This document shows, in pieces, positions 1-9,522 of a DNA stretch of 53,151 nt. The stretch is from Parafannyhessea sp. (GTDB taxonomy: Bacteria; Actinomycetota; Coriobacteriia; Coriobacteriales; Atopobiaceae), in assembly GCF_051876455.1 (NCBI RefSeq), contig NZ_JBJEHW010000093.1, positions 1-53,151 on the forward strand. Direction: 5' to 3'. A model generated the notes under the pieces. It was not told where the DNA came from and made no database searches. It was given only the letters and a program-made list of their open reading frames with translations. The position numbers were made by a program, and so were the translations under genes. Numbering within the stretch: position 1 is the stretch's first letter; each line of letters opens with the position of its first letter.

Positions 1-460
1 AGGCGGACTTCTTGTGGGGCTTGTTCGGGAAGATGCCCGCCTCGTTCATGGCGTACAGGATGCGCCTGTGGACGGGCTTCAGGCCGTCTCGGACGTCGGG
101 GAGCGCACGGGCTGTGATGACGGACATGGAGTACTCGATGAAGGACTGCTCCATCTCGTGTCCGAACTCGTGGAACTGCAGGCGGCCGCCATGCACGTCC
201 ACGCCGTCGCCATCGCCGCGGTTGTCGCCGCCCATCTCGAGCTGCGCGTCCTCGTCGTCCTCGTCCTCGTCGTCGGAGTCGTCGTCCGAATCGTCGTCCA
301 TGCCGGCCTCGTCGGCCGCGTCAGGGTCGTACACGGGGGCGTCCGACTCGTCCGCCTCCGCGCGGTCGAGCAGACGCTGCAGGTCCTCCGGCAGGGTCGC
401 GCCGTCACCCGACTGGTCTTGGTTCTGCCCGTTTACGGGCGTGTTCTTCTCATCTGCCAC
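1..460 (-). CDS. gyrA: DNA gyrase subunit A, 5' part (runs off window)
   Basis: Manual translation from GTG at 460: MADEKNTP...[37 protein letters not shown], the GyrA N-terminal signature; follows gyrB. Absent from ORF track (no stop in window). Confidence 0.95.
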   Translation of the reverse strand, partial: MADEKNTPVNGQNQDQSGDGATLPEDLQRLLDRAEADESDAPVYDPDAADEAGMDDDSDDDSDDEDEDDEDAQLEMGGDNRGDGDGVDVHGGRLQFHEFGHEMEQSFIEYSMSVITARALPDVRDGLKPVHRRILYAMNEAGIFPNKPHKKSA

Positions 461-502
461 TTAGCGTGCCTTTCTTCGTGGTTCCGCCTCGGGAGCCCTG
501 TC

Positions 503-2506
503 TTACGCATCCAGGAATCGGGCGTCCTTGGCGTGGTGCTCGATGTAGTCGCGCCTGTACTCGACGGACGTGCCCATGAGGTGGGATACGGCGAGCTCCG
601 CCCTCGCGGCGTCCTCGATCCCGATGCGCTGGAGGATCCTGGTCTTCGGGTCCATGGTCGTGTCCGCGAGCTGCTGCGGGTCCATCTCGCCCAGGCCCTT
701 GTAGCGCTGGACGGTGTACTTGCGCTGCTTGCCCTCGGCGTCCCTGGGCACGTACTGCTCGATGGCCTGCGCGAGGAGCGTTTCCTCGGGCGTCTTGCCG
801 TCCGGGTACACGTAGTGGATCTTCTTGCCCACCTTCACGCCAAAGATCGGTGGGCACGCGCTGTAGATGTAGCCGGCGTCGATCAACGGGCGCATGTACT
901 TGTAGAAGAACGTCATCAGCAGGATGCGGATGTGCGCACCGTCGACGTCGGCATCGGTCATGATGATGATCTTGTGGTAGCGGGCCTTGTTGATGTCGAA
1001 GTCGCCGCCGTCGGTCGTCACGCCCGTGCCGATGGCCGTGATCAGGCTCTGAATCGTGTCGGAGTTGAAGGCGCGGTGGTCACCAACGCGCTCGACGTTC
1101 AGGATCTTGCCCCTCAGCGGAAGGATCGCCTGGATGTCGCGACGACGGCCATCCTTGGCCGAGCCGCCTGCCGAGTCACCCTCGACGATGAAGAGCTCGG
1201 TCATCGACGCGTCCCTCACGGAGCAGTCGGCGAGCTTGCCGGGAAGCGAGGCGGACTCGAGGATGCTCTTGCGACGCGTGGCCTGCCTGGCCTTCTGCGC
1301 GGCAAGACGGCCCTTCGCGGCGCTCGAGGCCTTGCGGAAGATCTCCTTGCCCTGCTTGGGGTGCTCCTCGAGGTAGTCGGCGAGGCCGCGTGAGACGATC
1401 TTGTTCGTGAGCGTCCTCATGTACGAGCTGCCGAGCTTTGCCTTCGTCTGGCCCTCGAACTGCGGGTCGGGAAGCTTGACCGAGATGACGGCAGTCAGGC
1501 CCTCGCGGATGTCGTCACCCGTGAGGTTGGCCTCCTTCTCCTTCAGGAGCTTGTGGCTGCGCGCGTAGTCGTTGATCGTCTTCGTGAGCGCGGTCCTGAA
1601 GCCCTCGAGGTGCATGCCGCCCTCTTCGGTGTAGATGTCGTTCGCGAACGACATCACGTGCTCCGAGTACCCGGTATTCCACTGGAGGGACACCTCGACC
1701 TCGCCCTTCTTCGCGAGGGGCGTGTCCTCGTCGGTCTTGCCCTCGATGTAGATGGGGCGAGAGAGGCCCGGAAGGACCGGCTTCTCGTACTGCTTTCCGT
1801 CCCAGCCGTTGAGGAACTTCACGAAGTCGTTGATGCCGCCTGCATAGCAGAACTCCTCGACGCGCGGGACGAGCTCGCGCTCGTCCGTCAGCACGATCTT
1901 GAGGTTCTTGTTCAGGAACGCCGTCTCGCGCAGGTGGTTGCGCAGGGTGTCGTAGTTGTAGACGGTGGTCTCGAAGATCTCCTCGTCCGGCCAGAACGAG
2001 ATCGTGGTGCCCGTGGTCTTGGACTTGCCCACGACCTTCATCTTCTCGGTCGTCTTGCCGCGCGAGAACTGCATCTCGTAGATCTTGCCGTCGCGCCTGA
2101 CCTGCGCGATGAGCTTCTTCGAGAGCGCGTTCACGACCGAGACGCCGACGCCGTGCAGGCCGCCGGACACCTTGTACGCGTTGTTGTCGAACTTGCCGCC
2201 GGCGTGCAGGATCGTGAGGACGACCTCGAGGGTCGGCTTCTTCTCCGTGGGGTGCATGTCGACGGGAATGCCGCGGCCGTTGTCCACGACGGTGATGGAG
2301 TTGTCCGCGTGCACCGTCACGGAAATCTTGGTGCAGTAGCCCGCCATGGCCTCGTCGACGGAGTTGTCGACGATCTCCCAGACCAGGTGGTGCAGGCCCG
2401 TCTCGCTCGTGGTGCCGATGTACATGCCGGGACGCATGCGCACGGCCTCGAGCCCCTTGAGGACCTTGATCTCCTGACCGTTATAGTTGTTCTTCTCTTC
2501 TGCCAC
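503..2506 (-). CDS. gyrB: DNA gyrase subunit B
   Basis: LEAVRMRPGMYIG, EIVDNSVDE, SGGLHGVG, VEGDSAGG, PLRGKILN, MTDADVDG, RYKGLGEM. Confidence 0.98.
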   Translation of the reverse strand: MAEEKNNYNGQEIKVLKGLEAVRMRPGMYIGTTSETGLHHLVWEIVDNSVDEAMAGYCTKISVTVHADNSITVVDNGRGIPVDMHPTEKKPTLEVVLTILHAGGKFDNNAYKVSGGLHGVGVSVVNALSKKLIAQVRRDGKIYEMQFSRGKTTEKMKVVGKSKTTGTTISFWPDEEIFETTVYNYDTLRNHLRETAFLNKNLKIVLTDERELVPRVEEFCYAGGINDFVKFLNGWDGKQYEKPVLPGLSRPIYIEGKTDEDTPLAKKGEVEVSLQWNTGYSEHVMSFANDIYTEEGGMHLEGFRTALTKTINDYARSHKLLKEKEANLTGDDIREGLTAVISVKLPDPQFEGQTKAKLGSSYMRTLTNKIVSRGLADYLEEHPKQGKEIFRKASSAAKGRLAAQKARQATRRKSILESASLPGKLADCSVRDASMTELFIVEGDSAGGSAKDGRRRDIQAILPLRGKILNVERVGDHRAFNSDTIQSLITAIGTGVTTDGGDFDINKARYHKIIIMTDADVDGAHIRILLMTFFYKYMRPLIDAGYIYSACPPIFGVKVGKKIHYVYPDGKTPEETLLAQAIEQYVPRDAEGKQRKYTVQRYKGLGEMDPQQLADTTMDPKTRILQRIGIEDAARAELAVSHLMGTSVEYRRDYIEHHAKDARFLDA

Positions 2507-2651
2507 TCACTTTTCCTCTCTACAGAGCAATAAAGCGCACCGTATATTTTAGTGAGCGCGTCGGATTTCATTGGGCCAAATACAAAATGGGTGGTCGAAC
2601 TACCGAAAAATCACGTCAAAGGGCCTTGTAAGGCCGATATTCGCGAGAAAA

Positions 2652-3218
2652 TCAATTCCCCGCCCTTTTTAGCATTTCCCTTCGCAGCGAGAGTTCCATC
2701 GCCCTTCTCGCCTTTTCCCTCAGGCCGTCCGGCAGGTCGCGCGTCATGTCCTCCACGCGGCGCTCCTGCTCTGCGGAAAGCTCGGGGAGCTCGAGGCGCT
2801 CCTCGCCATGGTCGAGCGACTGGTAGGTTCCCGAGTCCTGCTTGCGCATGTGCCGCGAGTCGGAAAGCCTGAAGCGGATGCCGGATACCTGCAGACCGTA
2901 CCCGTGAAGGCGTGCCAGGTAGATCTCCTTGTTCGCGCTGAAGTCGGACAGGCGTGCGTGCGAGTCCACGTAGACGCACAGCACGGGGTCGCGGCCCTTC
3001 TTGACGGGCGACGTGTCCAGGAACACGCCCGTGGTGTGCTTGCGCTCCACGTCGCCGTTCGCGCCGTACCACGCGGCGCGGGCGCGCTGCGCGTCGCTCA
3101 TGTGGGCGCGCATGTCGGACCTCACGACGCCGTCGAGCAGCGACGAGAGGGACGAGTCGTTCCTGAAGCGCTCCGTGTCGTAAACGTAGTCGCTCGCATA
3201 TGCCTTGCGCTTACCCAA
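2652..3218 (-). CDS. Probable DciA/DUF721 family helicase-operating protein
   Basis: Occupies the recF-gyrB slot and overlaps the recF stop; pattern RAAWYGANG..KHT..VLCVYVDSHARLSDFSANKEIYLARL..IRFRL resembles DUF721. Confidence 0.65.
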   Translation of the reverse strand: MGKRKAYASDYVYDTERFRNDSSLSSLLDGVVRSDMRAHMSDAQRARAAWYGANGDVERKHTTGVFLDTSPVKKGRDPVLCVYVDSHARLSDFSANKEIYLARLHGYGLQVSGIRFRLSDSRHMRKQDSGTYQSLDHGEERLELPELSAEQERRVEDMTRDLPDGLREKARRAMELSLRREMLKRAGN

Positions 3219-4299
3219 CGACGTTCACGACCTTTGCCTCTTTTAGCAGGTCATCGGGGAAGTACCCCAGGTTCGTCGTCGTGACGACGGTCTGGATGCC
3301 GGATTGGACGAACCTCGTCATGGCGTTCCGGCGCTTCTCGTCCAGCTCGCTCATCACGTCGTCCAGCAGGAGCAGCGGCTGCTCCCCCACCACCTCGCGG
3401 GACAGCGCCACCTCGGCCATCTTCCACGCGAGCACGATGGAGCGCTGCTGTCCCTGCGAGCCAAACGCCCGCGCGTCGCGGCCGTCTATCGTGAAGCTGA
3501 CGTCGTCGCGCTGCGGGCCCACGGTCGTCTGCTGGCGGCGGAGGTCGGTGTCCCTCTCCTCCTGCAGGCGTCGCGCGAAGACGTCGCAGATCTCGTCGCG
3601 AGAGGAGCCGGACAGATCGACCCCGAGGGACGACACGTAGGTGCAGTCGAGCTCCTCTCCGCCGGCGATCTGGCCGTAGACCTCTCGCAGGTGCGTCCTG
3701 AGCCGCTCGAAGAGCCTGAGCCGGGCCGCGAGGAGCGTCGCGCCGCCAAGGGCCACGGAGGCGTCCCATGCGTCCAGGAGCGCCAGGTCCGGGTAGTCCT
3801 CCTTCAGGAGGCGGTTCCTCTGCTCAACGGAGCGCAGGTAGGCGGAAAGGACCTTTGCATAGCCCGCGTTGGCCTGCCGGCCAAAGCCATCGAGCTCGTC
3901 CCTTCTGTACGATGCCCCGCGCTTCACGAACGACAGGTCGTCCGGGTTGAAGAGGACCGACATGAGCGTCGCCGGAAGGTCCAGGGCGACGCACTTCTTC
4001 CCGTTGCGGAAGAAGCGCCGCCGCGTGGGCTCGACCTCGCACGCGACGTCTATCACGCGACCGTCGCCCTCGAGCCTTGCGTGTATCTTTGCGGACTCGC
4101 AGTCCTCCCGGATCTGCTGGGAGGGCTTCGGCTTCCTGAACGAGGAGCCCGCGGTCAGCATCTGCAGCGCCTCCACGGTGTTCGTCTTCCCCACGGCGTT
4201 CGGACCCACCAGGATCGTCATGCCGTCGGAAAAGTCGATGCTCTTCTCCTCGAAGTTCCTCCAGTCCCTGAGCCCGAGCGTCTTGACGCGAAGTCCCAC
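3211..4299 (-). CDS. recF: DNA replication/repair protein RecF
   Basis: GPNAVGKTN Walker A, GSQGQQRS, LLLLDDVMSELD. Confidence 0.97.
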   Translation of the reverse strand: MGLRVKTLGLRDWRNFEEKSIDFSDGMTILVGPNAVGKTNTVEALQMLTAGSSFRKPKPSQQIREDCESAKIHARLEGDGRVIDVACEVEPTRRRFFRNGKKCVALDLPATLMSVLFNPDDLSFVKRGASYRRDELDGFGRQANAGYAKVLSAYLRSVEQRNRLLKEDYPDLALLDAWDASVALGGATLLAARLRLFERLRTHLREVYGQIAGGEELDCTYVSSLGVDLSGSSRDEICDVFARRLQEERDTDLRRQQTTVGPQRDDVSFTIDGRDARAFGSQGQQRSIVLAWKMAEVALSREVVGEQPLLLLDDVMSELDEKRRNAMTRFVQSGIQTVVTTTNLGYFPDDLLKEAKVVNVVG

Positions 4300-4302
4300 G
4301 GC

Positions 4303-5406
4303 CTACATCCTGACCGGCATGAGCAGGTAGAGGTAGTTGATCCTGGAGTACGACTTGAAGATGCCCGGCTGCATCGTGCTCTGCAGCTCCAGGGTGATCT
4401 CCTTCTGGTCGCTCGCGGCGTTGACGCAGTCGAACACGTAGTGGTAGTTGAGCGCGATCGACATGGCGCTGCCCTCCACCTCGACGGGCAGGAGCTCGGT
4501 GGACTCGCCCTGGTCCGGCGAGCTTGCGGAAAGCTTCATCACCTTGCCGTCCGGGTCGATGTCAAAGCGGACGGACGGGTTGGTGAGCGCGATGACGGAG
4601 ACGCGCTTGAGCGCCGCGGAGAACTGCGCCACGTCGATCTTGACGGACGTGTTGCAGCTGGGCGGCAGGAGCTGCTTGTAGTTGGGGAACGTGCCGTCGA
4701 TCTTGCGCGACACGTACGTGGTGTCGCCAAACGCGAACACGACCTGGCTGTTCGTCGTGCCGATGGTGAGCCTGTCCGTCATGGACGGCAGCGTCAGCAC
4801 GTCGTGGAACGTGTTGCCGGGGACGATCGTCTCGAACGCCTCCTGGAGCGAACTCGTCTCCACGTTGGAGTCGCACACCGCAAGACGGTACGAGTCCGTG
4901 GCGACCAGCCTGATCGTGTTGTCCTCCACGGTGAGAAGGACACCGGACAGGATGGGTCGCGACGTGTCCTTTGAGGTTACCTTGTACACCTTACCGACCA
5001 TCTCGGAGAGCAGGTCGCTCGGCAGCTCGACCGTACGCTCGAGGTCGTACTCGGGGAACTCCGGGAAGTCGTTGGCGTCAAGGGTGTTGAGGCGGAACGA
5101 GGACTTGTCGCACTGGATCGTCAGGACCCTGTCACCGCCGTCGAAGAGCACCGCGGAGTCGGGCAGGGTCTTCACGATGTTGGTGAGGATCTTACCCGAG
5201 ACGACGGTCGCGCCTTCCTCCTCAACGTCCGCCGCGATCCTGTGACGGATGGATATGTCCAGGTTCGTCGTCTGGAACTCGAGCATGCCCTCCTGGGCAC
5301 TTATGTATATGCCCGAGAGCACGGGGAGGGTCGAGTTTGACGCCATGCCCTTCGCCACCACCGAGAGGGCTTGTGCAAGGGCTGACTGGCTTACCGTAAA
5401 CTTCAT
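4303..5406 (-). CDS. dnaN: DNA polymerase III beta clamp
   Basis: SRPILSGV, ATDSYRL, GTFPNY, C-terminal LLMPVR; downstream of dnaA. Confidence 0.98.
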   Translation of the reverse strand: MKFTVSQSALAQALSVVAKGMASNSTLPVLSGIYISAQEGMLEFQTTNLDISIRHRIAADVEEEGATVVSGKILTNIVKTLPDSAVLFDGGDRVLTIQCDKSSFRLNTLDANDFPEFPEYDLERTVELPSDLLSEMVGKVYKVTSKDTSRPILSGVLLTVEDNTIRLVATDSYRLAVCDSNVETSSLQEAFETIVPGNTFHDVLTLPSMTDRLTIGTTNSQVVFAFGDTTYVSRKIDGTFPNYKQLLPPSCNTSVKIDVAQFSAALKRVSVIALTNPSVRFDIDPDGKVMKLSASSPDQGESTELLPVEVEGSAMSIALNYHYVFDCVNAASDQKEITLELQSTMQPGIFKSYSRINYLYLLMPVRM

Positions 5407-5657
5407 TTGGGACCCTCCGTCTTTATTAGTACTTATATATAAAAGAAAAGGTAGGAGTAATAATAGGCAGTGTAGAAAAGTCGAAAAGTAAAGAGAAGTG
5501 CAGCTAGACGCAATAGTTACGAAAACTCAGACGGCTTCAATTTCCCTTCGGTCTTTCGACGCTACAGGATGTCGAAAACTTCTTTCTTCGTCGTCCCGTC
5601 ACTTTTCTTCCCTTCTCGACAGGATTTCTTCCAAGTTTTAAAACGACCTCGGCCTTC
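5407..5657. other. oriC (dnaA-dnaN intergenic) with unwinding region
   Basis: AT-rich tract 5421-5450, DnaA-trio-like TAG GAG TAA TAA TAG 5452-5466, GCAG spacer, tandem boxes TGTAGAAAA 5471-5479 and AGTCGAAAA 5479-5487, further boxes at 5553-5561, 5570-5578, 5613-5621. Confidence 0.85.
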
Positions 5658-7232
5658 CTAGCGGTTGTCCGTAATGCTGTCCTGCAGGGTCTGCACCCTG
5701 TCCTGGAACATCCTGTCTTCCTTTCGGGTCTTGTCGACCCAGTAGATGCTGTGCTTGACGGTCGCGTGGCTGCGTCCGCCAAACTTCTTGCCGATGTCTG
5801 CCAGCGTGTTGTCGGTCAGCTCGCGCGTCAGCCACACCGCCACGTGACGCGGCTCCATCAGCTCCTTGTTGCGCTTGGAGCCCACCAGGTCCATGTGCGA
5901 CACGTCGTAGTACGCCTCGACGGCCTTCTGTATCTGCTCGACGGATATGGTCTTCTGCCCGGTCGGCCACTTGGCGTTGGCAATCTTTATGATGTCCTCG
6001 CGGCCGATCTTCTCGCCCTGGCGCTCCTTGCGCGACGCGGTGATGAGGCACGTGTGCACGAACCCCTCGATGATGCGGATGTTCGTGCCGGAGCGCTCCG
6101 CCATGAGCTTGCGGTCGTCCTCGGATATGGTGCCCGTCATCCCGGGCACGTGCTCGCGTACGGCGTCCTGCTTCATCATGTCGTAGAAGTTGTTGATCAG
6201 CTTCAGCTTGAGCTCGTAGTCTGGCACCTGGATGCTCACGGTCACGCCGGAGTCCATGCGCGAGGTCTCGCGCTCGTCAAACTTGCTGTCGCCCATGCCA
6301 AGCTGCGAGGGTGAGCGGTCCGCCGCGAGCACGATCTGCTTGCCGTGCGACATGAGCGCGTTGTACGTCTCGAAGAAGAAGCTGATCGTGCCGGCCGCGC
6401 GCCGCATGTTCTGGATGTCGTCGATTATCAGCACGTCCACGTTCTGGTAGTTGCGCACGAGCGCGGCCTTGGCGGGCGTGTCTCCCACGTTCATTGCGCT
6501 CACGTAGTCGTCCACAAACTCCGTGCCGGTCCTATAGACGCACAGCCGCGACGGGTCGTTCTGCGCAATGTAGTTCTGTATGGCGCGCAGCAGGTGCGTC
6601 TTGCCCAGACCGCTCTTGCCATAGATGAAGAGCGGGTTGTAGCTCTTGTTCTCCCCGTTCGCGACCTGCTTGGCCGCGTCGAACGCGAACTCGTTCTCCT
6701 CGCCGGAGACAAAGCGGTCAAACGTGAGCTTCGAGTCCGCCGGGTCGATCTCCTCCTTGGCGAAGTCGCTCTGCTCCTTCGGCGCGCTTGCGGCTGCCTT
6801 TGCGACGACCGGGCGAGAAGGACGTGCCGTCGTGGTTGCGGGCATCGTCTGGGGTGCGGCCGCGGGCGGCTCCTGCGCCGCGACAGCGCTCTCGCGTGCG
6901 TTGATGCGCCCGACCTCCTCGCGCGTCATCTCTGACCCGGTCTCGACGGGATGGGGGCTCGTGTCGTGGGAGAGCGCCACCTCAAACGTGACGTGCTGGA
7001 ACGCGGCCTGCTCGAGGCACTCCTCGATCACGGGGGTCTGCTCGGCTATCTTGCGCTGGGCAAATCCCATGTTCGTGGAGACGACCAGCCGCTCGCCGTC
7101 AAACGAGACCGCCTTGCAGCTCCTGAGCATGGCGAGCGTCGGGGCTGGCAGCCCGCGCTCCGCCAGGAGCGACAGGACGTCCGTCCAGAGTGCGATCGCG
7201 TCTGATTCTTGGGTAGAAGTCATCCTCACCAT
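5658..7232 (-). CDS. dnaA: Chromosomal replication initiator DnaA
   Basis: TFDRFVSGEEN, YNPLFIYGKSGLGKTHLL, DVLIIDDIQ, domain IV IGKKFGGRSHATV; start may be 7223. Confidence 0.97.
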   Translation of the reverse strand: MVRMTSTQESDAIALWTDVLSLLAERGLPAPTLAMLRSCKAVSFDGERLVVSTNMGFAQRKIAEQTPVIEECLEQAAFQHVTFEVALSHDTSPHPVETGSEMTREEVGRINARESAVAAQEPPAAAPQTMPATTTARPSRPVVAKAAASAPKEQSDFAKEEIDPADSKLTFDRFVSGEENEFAFDAAKQVANGENKSYNPLFIYGKSGLGKTHLLRAIQNYIAQNDPSRLCVYRTGTEFVDDYVSAMNVGDTPAKAALVRNYQNVDVLIIDDIQNMRRAAGTISFFFETYNALMSHGKQIVLAADRSPSQLGMGDSKFDERETSRMDSGVTVSIQVPDYELKLKLINNFYDMMKQDAVREHVPGMTGTISEDDRKLMAERSGTNIRIIEGFVHTCLITASRKERQGEKIGREDIIKIANAKWPTGQKTISVEQIQKAVEAYYDVSHMDLVGSKRNKELMEPRHVAVWLTRELTDNTLADIGKKFGGRSHATVKHSIYWVDKTRKEDRMFQDRVQTLQDSITDNR

Positions 7233-7244
7233 TTACCTCTGCAA

Positions 7245-7294
7245 TGTTGAAAAGTGCCAACATTATATGATGAAAACTACCCCGTTTGTCCACT
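7245..7294. promoter_or_regulatory. DnaA-box-like sites upstream of dnaA
   Basis: TGTTGAAAA 7245-7253, TGATGAAAA 7268-7276, TTGTCCACT 7286-7294. Confidence 0.6.
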
Positions 7295-7306
7295 ACGTTT
7301 GGGTGC

Positions 7307-8440
7307 CTATTGAACGCCCGGCTGGCCGCCGGCCTGCTGCGCGTACGACCTGCCCAGATCCGTCAGCACGTACTTCTGGGCCCCCTTGTTCTTCCGCACG
7401 AACCCGGCCTTCTCAAGGCGCTGCAGCTCCCTCGTCCACGTGGGCTGCGAGCTGCCAAACTGTCGCGTGAGGTCGGTCGGTCCCACTGCCTGGTTCATCA
7501 GCAGGTATCCGAGCACGGTGCGCCCGCGCTCGGACAGCGTGGGTGCCGCTGCCATCTGTGGCTGGGGCGCCGCGGCCTGGCCCTGCGCAGGTGCGTATCC
7601 CGGATAGGGACTTGTCTGCGGATACTGGGCGTACTGCGGAGGATACGGTTGGTACGGCTGGTACGGCGCCTGCGCAAACCCCTGCGTCCCCGCGCCGTAG
7701 GGCTGTGCCGGGTACGGCGTCTGGCCGTACGCGGGCATGCCATAGCCGGGGACCGGGCTTCCCGCCTGCGGGTAGCCAGGCGCCGCCGCGGCCTGCTGGG
7801 GTGGCATCGCGTAGGGCTGTCCCTGCGGTGCAAGCTGCGGAGGAAGCGGCTCCTCCTCTTCCTCCTGCACGTTGGATATGGTGACGACCGTCCCGCCGGA
7901 GATGTTGTCGTCAATCGTGAGCGTCCCGCCGCGGTCCTCCATGTACTGCTGCACGTAGGGAAGCCCGGAGCCAACGCCACGGATGTACTGCTTCATCTCC
8001 TCGGAGGCGCTCGTCGTGCCGTATTCGAGCGCAAGCTCCTTCGACTTGATGCCGGGTCCCTGGTCCGAGAACCTGATTGTCTCCCCTCCGTCGAGGATGC
8101 TGATCGTCGGCTCTATAAAGTATGCGTGGATGAAGTTCTCCACGATCTCCCTTATGACCATGAATGGGATGGTGCTGCCCTGCTCCTTCGCGAGGCGCAC
8201 GACCGTCGTCGTTATCTCCTCCAGGTACGAGCGAACGTCCTTTGGCTCGACCACCACGACGCGCGGCGCGGCCGATGCGTCGTCGTACACGGCGATGCGG
8301 GCGGGATATTTCACCTCGAGACTCGGCCCGTCTGTGGAGGTTTTGGGGGTCTCGTCATGCCCGTCACCTGCGGATGAGCCCTCCACAAACGGATAGAAGT
8401 CGCGCGCCACGTCCAGCCCTTTCTCCAACGTTTTCAACAT
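7307..8440 (-). CDS. GHKL/HATPase-fold ATP-binding protein with Pro/Gln-rich linker and C-terminal winged HTH
   Basis: REIVENFIHA (N box), DQGPGI (G1), RGVGSGL (G2), GTVVTI; PQ/Y-rich linker; LSERGRTVLGYL..GPTDLTRQFGSSQPTWTRELQRLEKAGFV. Start uncertain. Confidence 0.8.
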   Translation of the reverse strand: MLKTLEKGLDVARDFYPFVEGSSAGDGHDETPKTSTDGPSLEVKYPARIAVYDDASAAPRVVVVEPKDVRSYLEEITTTVVRLAKEQGSTIPFMVIREIVENFIHAYFIEPTISILDGGETIRFSDQGPGIKSKELALEYGTTSASEEMKQYIRGVGSGLPYVQQYMEDRGGTLTIDDNISGGTVVTISNVQEEEEEPLPPQLAPQGQPYAMPPQQAAAAPGYPQAGSPVPGYGMPAYGQTPYPAQPYGAGTQGFAQAPYQPYQPYPPQYAQYPQTSPYPGYAPAQGQAAAPQPQMAAAPTLSERGRTVLGYLLMNQAVGPTDLTRQFGSSQPTWTRELQRLEKAGFVRKNKGAQKYVLTDLGRSYAQQAGGQPGVQ

Positions 8441-8544
8441 TTCATGAACCTATGTCGAAAACCATTCATCGAGAATATTCTGCGAATGAAAGATTTCGAC
8501 AACTTGTGAAACGTTGTTGATAACTACAGAAAACGGTTTCCACT
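8422..8544. promoter_or_regulatory. Cluster of DnaA-box-like sites
   Basis: TTTTCAACA 8431-8439, TGTCGAAAA 8453-8461, ATTTCGACA 8493-8501, TGTTGATAA 8515-8523, GTTTCCACT 8536-8544. Confidence 0.7.
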
Positions 8545-8707
8545 CGGGTGAAAAATCATAGCATCATTCGGAAACATAACCGCAGATGAAGCGGAAGGTT
8601 CAGCAAATTCATTCGCCCATTCTTTCATGAATGGTCCCATTCCCCGCCCAGTTTGGTGATGGTTTCGTAGTCGAGCGCCTTCCCGCCCGGCCGCGTGCGA
8701 GAAAAAA

Positions 8708-8737
8708 TTGACATTTTGCCCGATAGACCACTACAAT
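8708..8737 (+). promoter_or_regulatory. Sigma70-type promoter for rpmH operon
   Basis: TTGACA 8708-8713, 18 nt spacer, TACAAT 8732-8737, A-tract upstream. Confidence 0.7.
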
Positions 8738-8790
8738 CTTGGGGCTTGACCCGATTAGTCCTATATGTCGATCCTCGGGAGGATTTCAAA

Positions 8791-8925
8791 ATGAAGCGTA
8801 CGTATCAGCCTAACAAGCGCAAGCGCGCCGTCACCCACGGCTTCCGTGCACGCATGGCCACCAAGGGCGGCCGCGCCGTTCTGTCCCGCCGTCGCGCCAA
8901 GGGCCGCAAGAGGCTTACCGTCTAG
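8791..8925 (+). CDS. rpmH: 50S ribosomal protein L34
   Basis: [28 protein letters not shown]; SD GGAGG upstream of ATG 8791. Confidence 0.98.
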   Translation: MKRTYQPNKRKRAVTHGFRARMATKGGRAVLSRRRAKGRKRLTV

Positions 8926-8933
8926 GAACGACC

Positions 8934-9257
8934 ATGGAGACCATCAAATCCAGAAGAGAATTTGAAGAGGTCTTCTCTGGCGGAAAAAGAGTCAACAGTA
9001 GACTCGTGCGAGCTACGGTTCTGAAGTGCGACGGAGGCGACTTGGGAAAGGTCGCCTTCGTCGCGCCTAAGCGACTGGGGAATGCCGTCTATCGCAACCG
9101 CTGCAAGAGGGTTCTGCGAGAGGCGGCGCGTGCTTGTGGCCTGCCCGCACAAGGGTCCAAGGTCATTCTCTTTGCGACCAGGGCGACCCATGACAGTACG
9201 CCGCAAGACGTGTCGGTTGACATGCGCTCGATCCTCAGGCGGTCGGGACTGCTATGA
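8934..9257 (+). CDS. rnpA: RNase P protein component
   Basis: [18 protein letters not shown] (RNR motif); synteny. Confidence 0.95.
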   Translation: METIKSRREFEEVFSGGKRVNSRLVRATVLKCDGGDLGKVAFVAPKRLGNAVYRNRCKRVLREAARACGLPAQGSKVILFATRATHDSTPQDVSVDMRSILRRSGLL

Positions 9258-9508
9258 GCAGCCATTATAACCGGGCGAGAAGGACGCCTCCGATCAAGCG
9301 GGCCCTTCTCGCTATGATTCGCTTCTATCAACGGTATGTGTCGCCGCTCTTTCCGCCGTCATGCATCTACGAGCCAACCTGCTCCGCATATGCCTTCGAG
9401 GCCATTAGTAGGTACGGCGCCCTCAAGGGCTCCTGGTTGGCGTTCAGAAGGATTCTGCGCTGTAATCCCTTTCACAAAGGCGGTTTCGACCCCGTCCCCA
9501 AGCTCTGA
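9254..9508 (+). CDS. yidD: Membrane protein insertion efficiency factor
   Basis: [34 protein letters not shown]. Confidence 0.95.
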   Translation: MSSHYNRARRTPPIKRALLAMIRFYQRYVSPLFPPSCIYEPTCSAYAFEAISRYGALKGSWLAFRRILRCNPFHKGGFDPVPKL

Positions 9509-9522
9509 TACCGGAGGAACCC

